From a virus (lineage: Duplodnaviria > Caudoviricetes): a stretch of 64,000 bases of DNA. Positions 8,706 through 18,368 of this stretch are shown here, in pieces. The stretch lies in IMG/VR virus record IMGVR_UViG_3300037400_006004, positions 32,001 through 96,000 of that record; one strand, 5' to 3'. The translations under genes and the position numbers were made by a program. The stretch's first letter is position 1. Each line of letters opens with the position of its first letter. The notes under the pieces are model-generated. The model saw only the letters and a program-made list of their open reading frames with translations. It made no database searches and was not told the DNA's origin.

Positions 8706-9928
8706 TCAACTGGCATAGCACCTAAGTCTTTCTTACAAGAAGGACATTTAAAATTAGGAATTCTATATTCTGTCTTATATTTTTCAGTCCATTCATCAAT
8801 AGCTTTTGCAAGCTGCTTTGTATCATTAATAGATAACTCTTTAAGAACTCTAATTATCTGATCCTGAGAAGTTACAGGATAATAAATAGGAGATCTCTTT
8901 TCAAGAGTTTCTGGTACGTTAAGAAGAAATATATCTTTAATAAATAATAATGTAGCAAGATCATCAGACATACTTTCAAGCTGATCTGCTGGAGTAGACT
9001 TTAGAAGATCAAGCTGATCTTTAAGAGAAGGAATTCTAATATCAATAACTGTCTTAGATTGATCTAGACAAATTCTCTGATGTTCAGCAACAAGAGAAGC
9101 CTTCTTAACTTTTTCAGGTGTATCAGCAGTTCTAGCTACTTCATCAAGTCTCTTAAAGATTTCATCATCTTTACTAAATACTAAACTATCATTTGGAATA
9201 TCTTGTGAAAATTCATGTTGACAGTGAATACATTTAAAATCAAACTTAGTAGATCCTGGGAATGTCTGCATATGTAATCCATAGAATAAGCTCTGTAAAT
9301 CAAAGAATGAAGTACATTCACAGAATGTATCAAAACTAATAGCTCCAATACTTGTAGCCTGAAGTCTACTATGAATAATCTGATACATCTTAAGAGTTGT
9401 ATGATATTCATCCATTGTAGAATTAGTAATAGCATCAATATCATTATATTTAAGAGCTTCCATATAAGCAACATAACAGCTCTGTGGAAGAGTAACCTGA
9501 AAAGTAGGTTTACTATTAAATACGAGATCAAGATTGTTATGTTTTTCAAGACTGTTAAGACTGTCTGAAATAACAAGATTATTTAAATCAATATTCATAG
9601 TAGGAAGAAGATCATTAATCTGTACCTTCATATCATTAACAATCTCATGCTTTGCACTCATAAATAAAGGATTAGGATTAGCCTTTTCTTTCTGAGTGAG
9701 AACTTCTTTTGCAGAAAGACTAGTAGAATTCTTTCTCTTAGTAGGAGTATTTCCTCCAGATTTCTTAGTGGTCTTCTTTTCACCATTATCATCTACATTA
9801 GCATTAAAACTAAGACCACCATTAACTTCATTTCTAGCACGTTCCATAGCTGCAAGCATTTCTGGATTAGCTCCAGTAGGATCGGGTGCTATATTGTCAT
9901 TAGGTTCAAAAGTAACTTTTTTAGCCAT
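8666..9928 (-). CDS. Baseplate hub/tail assembly chaperone (T4 gp26-like)
   Basis: Two CxxC pairs (FKCIHC, FKCPSC), RIPSLKD; next to the gp25-like gene. Confidence 0.65.
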   Translation of the reverse strand: MAKKVTFEPNDNIAPDPTGANPEMLAAMERARNEVNGGLSFNANVDDNGEKKTTKKSGGNTPTKRKNSTSLSAKEVLTQKEKANPNPLFMSAKHEIVNDMKVQINDLLPTMNIDLNNLVISDSLNSLEKHNNLDLVFNSKPTFQVTLPQSCYVAYMEALKYNDIDAITNSTMDEYHTTLKMYQIIHSRLQATSIGAISFDTFCECTSFFDLQSLFYGLHMQTFPGSTKFDFKCIHCQHEFSQDIPNDSLVFSKDDEIFKRLDEVARTADTPEKVKKASLVAEHQRICLDQSKTVIDIRIPSLKDQLDLLKSTPADQLESMSDDLATLLFIKDIFLLNVPETLEKRSPIYYPVTSQDQIIRVLKELSINDTKQLAKAIDEWTEKYKTEYRIPNFKCPSCKKDLGAMPVDMENVLFRLMLSQ

Positions 9929-9954
9929 AATAGTTTATTCCTTTCTAAATAAAT

Positions 9955-10590
9955 TTAAAGATCCATCTGAGATATAACTTTTCTATTAGATGTATCTCCA
10001 GTAAAAAACAGATTAATCTTATATTCTTGTGAATTTCCTTTTTCATTAGTATCAAAAATTGTAAAGAAAATAGCAAGAGTATTATAAGCACCATTGGCAC
10101 TTCTTAAAAACTCTACTTGATGCTTTGTATTTATATTAGATTGAATGATTGATTTATTTAGCCATTTTTCCATTTGAGTATTTATACTTTCTTCTAACTC
10201 ATATTTAGTAGTATTATTTGCAAATTCAAATAAATAATCTTCAATACCTACGCCAAAATCAGGATTATTAGGATAAGTGCCTTTTTTAGTAATTAAAATA
10301 TGTTGAATAACTCTAGCTACTGCTTCTTTACCAGTAGGCTGCTTTATTTTTTTAAATTCTGTTATATTTAAAGAAACATCACGAAATTCAGTAGGTGTAT
10401 TATTTTTAAGAGCTGCTTCTTTACCAGCCTTAACTAATTGCTCTATAATTCGATTAGCTTCATCAATAGGGTTATTCTTATAAATCTCATACAAATCACT
10501 TACATTTAATTCTCCGCCTTTTCTAGCTCTATTTATAGCATCAATATAACTCTGATCATAAGTTCCACTTTCTCTTTTATCATTAGGCAT
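9955..10590 (-). CDS. Baseplate wedge/sheath initiator (T4 gp25-like) with N-terminal extension
   Basis: ILITKKGTYPNNPDFGVGIEDYLFE is the gp25 signature. Confidence 0.8.
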   Translation of the reverse strand: MPNDKRESGTYDQSYIDAINRARKGGELNVSDLYEIYKNNPIDEANRIIEQLVKAGKEAALKNNTPTEFRDVSLNITEFKKIKQPTGKEAVARVIQHILITKKGTYPNNPDFGVGIEDYLFEFANNTTKYELEESINTQMEKWLNKSIIQSNINTKHQVEFLRSANGAYNTLAIFFTIFDTNEKGNSQEYKINLFFTGDTSNRKVISQMDL

Positions 10591-10632
10591 TTTATCACCT
10601 CAATTCTTTTAACTTATTAATATATTAAATTA

Positions 10633-10644
10633 TACTTTTTTGTT
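10633..10644 (-). promoter_or_regulatory. Late-type promoter AACA-N6-TA
   Basis: Reverse complement AACAaaaaagTA. Confidence 0.65.
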
Positions 10645-10713
10645 AATTATAGTTTTTATTATAAAATAGAAAAAATAATAAACAATTATTATACGATAAA
10701 AAGGAGTGATATT

Positions 10714-12078
10714 ATGGGCCAATTAACTGAAGTAACTTTACAAAAATATGAAGATAATAAAACAGTTAGTGAAATGGAAAAAAATATTCAAGAAGCTATG
10801 GGTTATAAACCTGCTAGTGAAGAGTTACATGATATTAATGAATTATCTAATATTGCCAATGATGATTCTAGTATCCCTAGAAAATATGGATACGTGCCTA
10901 AACTAACTGTTACTTTTAGTGACGGTTCTGTATATGATTTACTTGAGTTTACAACTATAGTTCAAGTAGAATTAAATTTAGATTTTTATGTATTTCCATT
11001 AATCTCTGTAAGATTAGATCCTCCAGTTACTTTAATACCTAAAATACAATTTGATGATGATTTAGAAATTAAATTTGAGTTATTATATAATGCTATAACT
11101 GATATTGAAAGTGCTCCAATGTATGATACTTTATGGAATATAACATTACGAAAAATAAAGCAAGAGAGTTCACCTATTATAATTAATGAAATATTTTATC
11201 AAGAAACTAATGAAGGATTAAGAACTGAACCTATTGAATTAAAACTTATTCCAACAGAATGTCTAAAAGCTAATAAAAATTTATTTTCTGGAGTATATGG
11301 TGATTGTACTATGATGCAATTACTTACATTAATTACTGAAAAATTAAATTATAAATCTTATATTGTAAATCCAGATAATGTAAGAAAATATAACCAAGTA
11401 ATTTTTCCACCATGTAATACTTTTTATGCAATTGAATACTTAGACCAATATTATGGATTATATGATAGAGGTTTAAAAATGTTTTATGGTTTTGGACAAA
11501 ATATTATAATGCCTAAGAATCATTATATAGAAACAGGACAAAATAAAGTAAAAGTAAGCTTTTCTCAACAAACCAATGGTAATGATATTTTTACTTTTAC
11601 ACAAGGTGGTATAGAACGTTTAGGAAGTGATAATTATATTTCAATTACTCCTAATAATGTAAAAATTCTTGATAGAAGACACTATATAAAAGAAACACTT
11701 GGTACTAAAGTAACTACCTATTCAAGAGATGATCATGCATATTTTGAACAAGCTAGAGAATATGATTATACAGATGGTAATGAAAATATTGAAAAAGTAA
11801 AATCATATATAAATCAATATAATAATACTAATAAAGAAAAAGAATTTTTATTACAATCTGCTTATTCAAGACAATTAGAATTATTATTAAATGATGCAAT
11901 AATTCCTCCAGATTCTTGGTTTAAATCATTTAATATTAATTTTGATTCTGAAAATTATAATAGACTAAATGGTTTGTATAGTATGAATGGATATTACTTT
12001 AGATTTAGTAAAATTTCTAATGGTAATGGTACTTCTGAATTTAACGTTCAATCTGCTATAGAATTAATAGAAGTTTAA
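10714..12078 (+). CDS. Probable baseplate hub/virion structural protein
   Basis: 454 aa, beta-rich; IFPPCNTFYAIEYLDQYYGLY; located in the tail module. Confidence 0.5.
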   Translation: MGQLTEVTLQKYEDNKTVSEMEKNIQEAMGYKPASEELHDINELSNIANDDSSIPRKYGYVPKLTVTFSDGSVYDLLEFTTIVQVELNLDFYVFPLISVRLDPPVTLIPKIQFDDDLEIKFELLYNAITDIESAPMYDTLWNITLRKIKQESSPIIINEIFYQETNEGLRTEPIELKLIPTECLKANKNLFSGVYGDCTMMQLLTLITEKLNYKSYIVNPDNVRKYNQVIFPPCNTFYAIEYLDQYYGLYDRGLKMFYGFGQNIIMPKNHYIETGQNKVKVSFSQQTNGNDIFTFTQGGIERLGSDNYISITPNNVKILDRRHYIKETLGTKVTTYSRDDHAYFEQAREYDYTDGNENIEKVKSYINQYNNTNKEKEFLLQSAYSRQLELLLNDAIIPPDSWFKSFNINFDSENYNRLNGLYSMNGYYFRFSKISNGNGTSEFNVQSAIELIEV

Positions 12079-12082
12079 AAAA

Positions 12083-12114
12083 ATATCCCTAATGGAAAAT
12101 TCCATTAGGGATAT
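12083..12114. terminator. Bidirectional terminator
   Basis: atatccctaatggaa/ttccattagggatat between convergent genes. Confidence 0.8.
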
Positions 12115-12118
12115 AATA

Positions 12119-12664
12119 TTAGTCTCTATACCATGTAGCATTTCTATGCTTATCAGTTCCAAGAGAATCTTTACCTTTATTAATAAATTCTTCTTTAACT
12201 TCTCCAGTAGTATAATCTAACATTTCACATTTTTCTTCATAATTATATTCAATGATTGCGTTTGTTTGATCTGCTGCAAAATAAACTGTATCACCTGTAG
12301 TTCTATCTACAACACTTATAACATTTTCACTAACTGCTTTAGCATTATTTAAATCATATCTTTCACAGTTAAATACTTGTACTGTAGAAGTATAAATGTC
12401 TGAAACACTATACCAATTCATTCTCCATTTTACTTCATCATAAATTTTAAGTAAATTTCTCTTCTTATATTGAGGCTTTGTACGATCATCAATATATTCA
12501 ATTAATGTATCTCTCTCTAATAATTCATTACCATCTTCAGTTAATGGCTTATGCAATTTAACTAATAATAGCTCAAATTCTTTATAATTGTCAAAAAAAT
12601 TAAAAACATTTTTGCCTATCTTTGGGCTACTGGTAATTATACTAACAACTTCAGAAGCAGTCAT
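12119..12664 (-). CDS. Hypothetical late protein
   Basis: ORF with SD and AACA-N6-TA at 12693..12704. Confidence 0.7.
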   Translation of the reverse strand: MTASEVVSIITSSPKIGKNVFNFFDNYKEFELLLVKLHKPLTEDGNELLERDTLIEYIDDRTKPQYKKRNLLKIYDEVKWRMNWYSVSDIYTSTVQVFNCERYDLNNAKAVSENVISVVDRTTGDTVYFAADQTNAIIEYNYEEKCEMLDYTTGEVKEEFINKGKDSLGTDKHRNATWYRD

Positions 12665-12761
12665 ATTATCATTCCTTTCTAAAATAAGATTATAACCATT
12701 TGTTAAAAATAAAAAATTTTGTAAATAATAAATTATTATTATAATAAAGGAGGGATAATTA

Positions 12762-13229
12762 ATGTATATTCCTATATTAAAATTTAAAATAACAGATTAT
12801 AAAGAAAAAGAAATTCCAAAAAAATTATTTAGAAAATCTAAAATTGTTACTGAAGAAGAATCATATGAAATTACTTTATCATATAATATAGATGAGGATA
12901 GGTTTTATTATGAAGATGAAAATAAACTTATACCAACTAAAAAAGATTTATCAAGATCTATTATTATGATATATGATATTTATAAACGATATGAAAAATT
13001 TGGTTTTAAAGATAATTTTAAAGTATCTGAAAATAAGTTAAATCAATTTCTTAAAAATTTTTTTAATTGTAATAATAATGAAAGTGAAATATATTTAAAA
13101 AAATTGATATTTGGAAGTCAACCAGTAAATTTATTAGCTATTAATTCAATATTAAATGAACTTGAAATTGATGGTGTAGATTTTACACAATATTATTATT
13201 TTCAATATCCACGAATTAGTTTTAGATAA
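12762..13229 (+). CDS. Hypothetical protein
   Basis: 155-aa ORF, SD AGGAGG. Confidence 0.7.
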   Translation: MYIPILKFKITDYKEKEIPKKLFRKSKIVTEEESYEITLSYNIDEDRFYYEDENKLIPTKKDLSRSIIMIYDIYKRYEKFGFKDNFKVSENKLNQFLKNFFNCNNNESEIYLKKLIFGSQPVNLLAINSILNELEIDGVDFTQYYYFQYPRISFR

Positions 13230-13288
13230 AAAAAAGAAGGCACATTGCTATCACCTGAGTGCCTTCCTTTTTTTTTGGTAAGAACGAC

Positions 13289-13495
13289 TTAGTCGTTCTT
13301 ACACTCCTTGTTGTTGATGGCCTTGACAAGGCCATCAACGACTCCAACTGCCAATGCAATGGCAGTTGTTGCAGCTACCTGTCCTACAACATTTCCTGCA
13401 GCATTACATGCTGCATCTGCAAACATCTCCTTTCTTGCAGCCTTTCTTGCAGCGATCTTCTTAGCTTCCATCTGTGCCTTAAAATTATTAAACAT
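13289..13495 (-). CDS. Small Ala-rich membrane-associated early protein
   Basis: MFNNFKAQ...VAATTAIALAVGVVDGLV; SD GAAAGGA; early motif 13619..13632; hairpin 13237..13266. Confidence 0.65.
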   Translation of the reverse strand: MFNNFKAQMEAKKIAARKAARKEMFADAACNAAGNVVGQVAATTAIALAVGVVDGLVKAINNKECKND

Positions 13496-13660
13496 GGTAT
13501 TCCTTTCCCCCACTGCCCTTAGGCCCATGAATGTGAGTAGCCGTTAGTTATTAATGTAATAAGGGAACATACAAAAAGGTGGCTTAATCCTTTTCAATTA
13601 TTTACCTTATTCACAATTATAATATGTATTCAGAAATATAGTTTAATACGGTTTAATAAA

Positions 13661-13691
13661 AATCCCTATAGGTTTTGTACCTATAGGGATT
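13661..13691. terminator. Terminator (CCTATAGG family)
   Basis: aatccctataggt/acctatagggatt. Confidence 0.8.
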
Positions 13692-13697
13692 ATAATT

Positions 13698-14849
13698 TTA
13701 AATAAATAAATCATCACCAAGATTATCAATACCATCTCTAGGAGTAACTTCCTGCCTATTATCTGGATTAATCTTAGCTTCAATTCCTTTTGAAACTTTA
13801 GAATCTTCTTTCTTTAATGTAGCAATACTATTATGCTGAGCTTGCTTATTATCATTATCAAGAGCTTCTCCAAGCTTCTTTAATTTACTAGCAAGACCAG
13901 ATTGTTTTTGACTAATAGATTTATCTCTAGGATTTCCATTTCCAACAGCTAGACTATTAGCTTCAACCATTCCACTAATATACTTTAAGTTTTCAGAAAT
14001 TTCAATCTTTTTAAAATAATAATAACAAATAAGAGTTCTAGAAAGATAAACTAATGCAAGAATACTACTACCAACAGCAAGAACACCTAAAGCAATAGCT
14101 GCAGGAGTATTAGCAGCAGCTAAACCGCCTATAGCTGATCCAATTCCACCAAGGGTAGCTCCGATTCCAACTGCTTCATGATATACCATTTCATATTCTT
14201 CACATTTAGCTTCAAAGTCTTCATTAAGCTTAAGTTTATTATTTCTACAAATATCATTGAATTTTTCAATGTTCTTAAAAAGAATATTTTTTGTAAGAGA
14301 ATTCTTTGGAGGATCTCTATATATTAATGTATTTGCTTCAGTAAATGAAGTACTATTAATTAAAATTATAGAAGCAAATTCAATAGTAGCAGCAGCAATA
14401 GTTTGATAAGCTAAAATATTAGCTGAATCATTAGTTTGATATGCTCTTTCAAAATATTTAACATTCTTTTCAAGATTACCCATAGCAGCTTCTACATTTT
14501 GAAAAGCAGTAACAGCTTCTACAGTGTTTTTACCTTTAGCTTTTTCAACAATTGGTTTAAGCATAGAAATACACTGTTTTGTAGTTTTATAAGATTTAGA
14601 TTTCTTAATATCTCCCTTAGTTTTAGGAAGATCTAAGAAAGTTCCTTTTTTAGTAAGATGTGCTAATTTCTTTTCAGAATTTTTCATAGCACTTCCACCC
14701 ATCATGTCTGCTAAAGACATTTTTTGCTCTTCAGTAAGACTATTTAAAAAAGTGGAAGAAATTAATGTAGTATCCTTATCTTGATGGTTTTCCTGTATAA
14801 TGTAATCCAAACTGAATCTGTCTGGAGTCATATTCATAATGTATGGCAT
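13698..14849 (-). CDS. Virion structural protein with long Gly/Ala hydrophobic segment
   Basis: Start MPYIMN after GAGGAGG; AVGIGATLGGIGSAIGGLAAA...LAVGSSILALVYL; late operon. Confidence 0.55.
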   Translation of the reverse strand: MPYIMNMTPDRFSLDYIIQENHQDKDTTLISSTFLNSLTEEQKMSLADMMGGSAMKNSEKKLAHLTKKGTFLDLPKTKGDIKKSKSYKTTKQCISMLKPIVEKAKGKNTVEAVTAFQNVEAAMGNLEKNVKYFERAYQTNDSANILAYQTIAAATIEFASIILINSTSFTEANTLIYRDPPKNSLTKNILFKNIEKFNDICRNNKLKLNEDFEAKCEEYEMVYHEAVGIGATLGGIGSAIGGLAAANTPAAIALGVLAVGSSILALVYLSRTLICYYYFKKIEISENLKYISGMVEANSLAVGNGNPRDKSISQKQSGLASKLKKLGEALDNDNKQAQHNSIATLKKEDSKVSKGIEAKINPDNRQEVTPRDGIDNLGDDLFI

Positions 14850-14868
14850 AATTGTTTCCTCCTCTCTA

Positions 14869-16242
14869 TTATCTACCAAATAATGATTTAATATCATCGA
14901 TACTTATTGGCTTTGGTTTCTTCTGAGTTTTAAAATCATTAAGTTTTTTAACAGTATAACTTGCAGATGGTTCATCATAAAGATAAACTGTTTCAGTAGA
15001 TTCATCTATATAAGCAAAATTTAATAAATAAAGAGAATCCATTAATCTTTGAGCAAATTTAGGCATAGAAAGATCAATTCTATAAGTGCTTGCAATATAA
15101 TCAACTTCATCTTTAGTAATTACTAAAGTAGCTGTTTTAATTGGAGCATTCTTTTTTCCTGCAGAAGAAGAATGGAAAATTTGTTTATTTTCATTCTTAA
15201 GCTTTCTAAGCTTATACCACCAATAGTTAGAAGTCTTAGCTGCTTGAATACCAGTATTCTTCATGTTAGTGAAGTCAAAAATTAATTCACCAAGACCTTT
15301 AAAGAATCCATATTCGCCAGTTGTCCATTTAATAAATTTAAATAAAGTAGAATTTTTAAATTCATTACCAATATTAAATATAATATCTTCGGATTTAATT
15401 GGATGAGCAATACATTTTACACCAAAAATAACTTCTTTTTCATCAAGAGAAGTTCTTGATATAGTAGAATTATGACCAACGCCTATTCCACCTACATTTC
15501 CAGCAGCTTTAGCAGCAGAACCACCAAAATGTCCACCAATTAATGCACCAGCAATTTTAGTAGCACCGTTCATATCAGTAGTAGAATTTCTTTCAGAAAC
15601 AGTAGAGTTAGCAATAGAAATTTTAACTTTAATAAATGTTGGTTGTAAATCATTAACCTTTTTAAACATATCAGGATTAAAAGGTGCTTTATCATCAAAT
15701 TCAGCAGTAATAGTTTTATCATTTACACTATGAGAACTTCTGCTTACAGAACCTAAACCAAAGTTTACAGTAGTTCCACGATTTGCATCTGTAACAGTAT
15801 TATTTTTATATTCTGCTTCATTTAGATATTTTGGAAGAGTTGCTTCATTTAAAGACCATTTACAAAACTTATCTTCTACTGGAATAGCTAATGATTTACT
15901 AGCTAAATCAATATTTTCAAGTAAAGTTGGTTTTCCTTCAATATTAGTATGAAGTAGTCTTAAAGAAGTAATTAGGTCTCCAGAACCATTTGTTAATGTA
16001 CCAAAATCATTTTGAAGTAATAATCTAAGCATTATTGCATTTTCAACTTCAAATCCACCGGCTAATGTAGCAGCAGCATCTTGAGAAATATTTTGAGATA
16101 ATAAAATTGGAAACTGTAGGATTAAATCTTTAGTCATCTTTTTAATAGAATTACCAGTATAGGCATCAGTATCAAATCTAGAGCTTCTTCTATAATTTGC
16201 ACGTCCTGCAGCTTTTTGGATGAAAGTATCAAAACTTGCCAT
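14869..16242 (-). CDS. Virion structural protein (probable head/inner protein)
   Basis: Late promoter 16270..16281; LLE/LNE sites; Gly-rich segment. Confidence 0.55.
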   Translation of the reverse strand: MASFDTFIQKAAGRANYRRSSRFDTDAYTGNSIKKMTKDLILQFPILLSQNISQDAAATLAGGFEVENAIMLRLLLQNDFGTLTNGSGDLITSLRLLHTNIEGKPTLLENIDLASKSLAIPVEDKFCKWSLNEATLPKYLNEAEYKNNTVTDANRGTTVNFGLGSVSRSSHSVNDKTITAEFDDKAPFNPDMFKKVNDLQPTFIKVKISIANSTVSERNSTTDMNGATKIAGALIGGHFGGSAAKAAGNVGGIGVGHNSTISRTSLDEKEVIFGVKCIAHPIKSEDIIFNIGNEFKNSTLFKFIKWTTGEYGFFKGLGELIFDFTNMKNTGIQAAKTSNYWWYKLRKLKNENKQIFHSSSAGKKNAPIKTATLVITKDEVDYIASTYRIDLSMPKFAQRLMDSLYLLNFAYIDESTETVYLYDEPSASYTVKKLNDFKTQKKPKPISIDDIKSLFGR

Positions 16243-16288
16243 ATATATCATTCCTTTCTATAAAAATTATAAAAAGTTGTTAAAAAAA

Positions 16289-16320
16289 ATGGGTAATATT
16301 CAAAAGTAAATATTACCCAT
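16289..16320 (-). terminator. Intrinsic terminator
   Basis: atgggtaatatt/aatattacccat with A tract on +. Confidence 0.75.
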
Positions 16321-16360
16321 CTTATATCACTCTATTGATAGAGAATTACTTATGACATTG

Positions 16361-16549
16361 TTAAAATAAATATAAGATACTATTAATTAAACATATAAAA
16401 CCTTCTCCCACTGTTTCACATTTGTAATTACTATTTTTAGCTCCTGGAAATAGGTTAGTCCATGTTGGACCATAAATTTCTTTTTTATCTTTTTTTCTTT
16501 CTTTTTTACTGTTATCTTTAAGATTTTTAGATATTGTATCAAAAATCAT
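16361..16549 (-). CDS. Small early protein behind a structured leader
   Basis: 62 aa, SD AGGAGGAG, early motif at 16671..16684. Confidence 0.55.
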   Translation of the reverse strand: MIFDTISKNLKDNSKKERKKDKKEIYGPTWTNLFPGAKNSNYKCETVGEGFICLINSILYLF

Positions 16550-16555
16550 AAGAAT

Positions 16556-16664
16556 CTCCTCCTAATTAAAATTAGGAAGAGGAGCATGCAGACAGGACTG
16601 TATACAAGGCCTACAATATTTTAGGGTTTAAAGAGTGATATAAGCGACAGTCTAACTCCTTTCC
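16556..16664 (-). promoter_or_regulatory. Candidate translational RNA switch in 5' leader
   Basis: SD sequestered in hairpin 16556..16581; competing pairing of 16655..16664 with 16575..16585. Confidence 0.5.
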
Positions 16665-16670
16665 ATCTTT

Positions 16671-16684
16671 ATAATATATATTTA
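16671..16684 (-). promoter_or_regulatory. Early-type promoter motif
   Basis: Reverse complement TAAATATATATTAT (consensus). Confidence 0.65.
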
Positions 16685-16702
16685 ATAATTTTCTATATAA
16701 AC

Positions 16703-16714
16703 AACAAACCAATA
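16703..16714 (+). promoter_or_regulatory. Late-type promoter AACA-N6-TA
   Basis: AACAaaccaaTA upstream of 16742. Confidence 0.65.
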
Positions 16715-16741
16715 TTATGTTTATATAAAGAAGGTGAGATT

Positions 16742-18352
16742 ATGCAAAAAGCAATAGATATTATTAAAGAAAGATATCAGGATCAAATTAATATATATGA
16801 ATATTTCAATCCTTATAGACTTAAAGAAAACGTAGAACCTTTTATGGGAGGATTTCCAATTATTTTTATGACAACTCCTTCTATGACTGTTTATGAAAAT
16901 GGTGAAGTTCCAGAAACACTATTAAATGCAAATCCATTATTTGCATTACTTGCAGAAAATGACCCTTACATTTTAAAACAGTTACAATATTCTTTTGGAG
17001 GTTCAACTTCTGCATTTATTAAATTAGTAACAAATAGATTTAAAGGTATTACATTAAAAGATTTTAATATGAGAACTGTTGATGAACATGAAAACTATTA
17101 TGGTTGGAAACAAATATTACCAGCTTCTACTGTTGATAACTTTACAGCAGAATCTTCATTAACTATAAATTTTTCAGAGTCTAAAAATTTAGATATGACT
17201 AAACTATTTTATGCTTGGATGAATTATATTGAAGTTGTAAGATATGGTTTACATGAACCTAGAAAAGTAACTAGAGATAGCAGAATATTAGATTTTACTT
17301 CATCAATATATTTCTTTTTATTAGATTTTGATATGCGTACTATTTTATATTTTTGTAAATATACTGGTGTATATCCTACTAATGTACCATTAAGTAGTTT
17401 AATTATGAGTGATATTACTTCTAGAGGACCAGTAGAAACTTCAATGACTTTTACATATCAATATAAAGAAGAAATGAATCCACAAATAATTTATGATTTT
17501 AATGCAGTAGCAGGTTATCCTGCTTCTATTTATGCTGATACAGCAAAAGGTGATACATCACCTTCATCTTATTATGGAGATTTCAAAAATTTTAATCCAG
17601 AAAAAGATAAGATTGAAGTATCAAGTAGTGATAATGATCCAACTAATAGAATTCTAGATGATGGTAGAGATTTTCTATATAATAAAAAATTTAGTACTAT
17701 ACAAATAAGAACTATGACTGAAGGTAAATATGATACTCAAAGTCAAACTGCTTTTAATTCAGCAGAAAATAATACTAAAAGAACACTTGTTATGGAATTC
17801 TTAGATAATAATGAAATGCCTAGTGCTTCTGATAGTGATTTAAGTTCTTTAGTTGAAAATATGAAGAGCCAAAAATATTTAGATCTTAAACGAAGAATAA
17901 AAGCAGATGCAGTTAATATTATGGGTGAACTATCTACTGGTCTTGTCGGAACTGCCACTAAAAAACAGTATAATGATTACATTGAAGACACTAAGAAAAA
18001 ATTAGGAATAGATAATGAATCATTAGACAAAATTAAAGGTGAATATAAAGCTAAAGTTGAAGCAGGTGAAATAACTCAAGAGGAATATGATGCTAAGTTA
18101 GAAGAACTACAAACTTGGGCTGATAAAAAAGTTAAAGATAATGTATTAGACTATTTAACTTATAAAGGTAGTGCTGAATTTAAAAATACAGTTAGACAAG
18201 CTAACTATATGAAGATGATTGAAAATTATACTAAAATGGGTATGGCTATTCCTAGTATGGCTGAGTTTTATGCAAATAAACGTTCAGAAAATTCAGAAAA
18301 AGCTGATAAAGCATCTGATGATTTTTTGAAATATTTTTATGGAATGATTTAA
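16742..18352 (+). CDS. Tail-tube-fold baseplate protein (tube initiator-like) with C-terminal extension
   Basis: LTINFSE...FYAWMNYI...YTGVYPTNVP parallels the tube protein 44997..45914 (YQFWITGI...YTAVMPT). Confidence 0.6.
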   Translation: MQKAIDIIKERYQDQINIYEYFNPYRLKENVEPFMGGFPIIFMTTPSMTVYENGEVPETLLNANPLFALLAENDPYILKQLQYSFGGSTSAFIKLVTNRFKGITLKDFNMRTVDEHENYYGWKQILPASTVDNFTAESSLTINFSESKNLDMTKLFYAWMNYIEVVRYGLHEPRKVTRDSRILDFTSSIYFFLLDFDMRTILYFCKYTGVYPTNVPLSSLIMSDITSRGPVETSMTFTYQYKEEMNPQIIYDFNAVAGYPASIYADTAKGDTSPSSYYGDFKNFNPEKDKIEVSSSDNDPTNRILDDGRDFLYNKKFSTIQIRTMTEGKYDTQSQTAFNSAENNTKRTLVMEFLDNNEMPSASDSDLSSLVENMKSQKYLDLKRRIKADAVNIMGELSTGLVGTATKKQYNDYIEDTKKKLGIDNESLDKIKGEYKAKVEAGEITQEEYDAKLEELQTWADKKVKDNVLDYLTYKGSAEFKNTVRQANYMKMIENYTKMGMAIPSMAEFYANKRSENSEKADKASDDFLKYFYGMI

Positions 18353-18368
18353 AAGGAGGGATTAAATT

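Noticed and set aside
10681-10692. Exact late promoters at 10681, 36590 and 50708
   Set aside because: AACA is present at the expected distance but the TA is off register, so these were not counted among exact matches. They may still be functional variants.
16321-16644. MITE or IS bounded by 13-bp terminal inverted repeats
   Set aside because: No target-site duplication or transposase. Both repeats fall inside one predicted transcript, so RNA pairing fits better.
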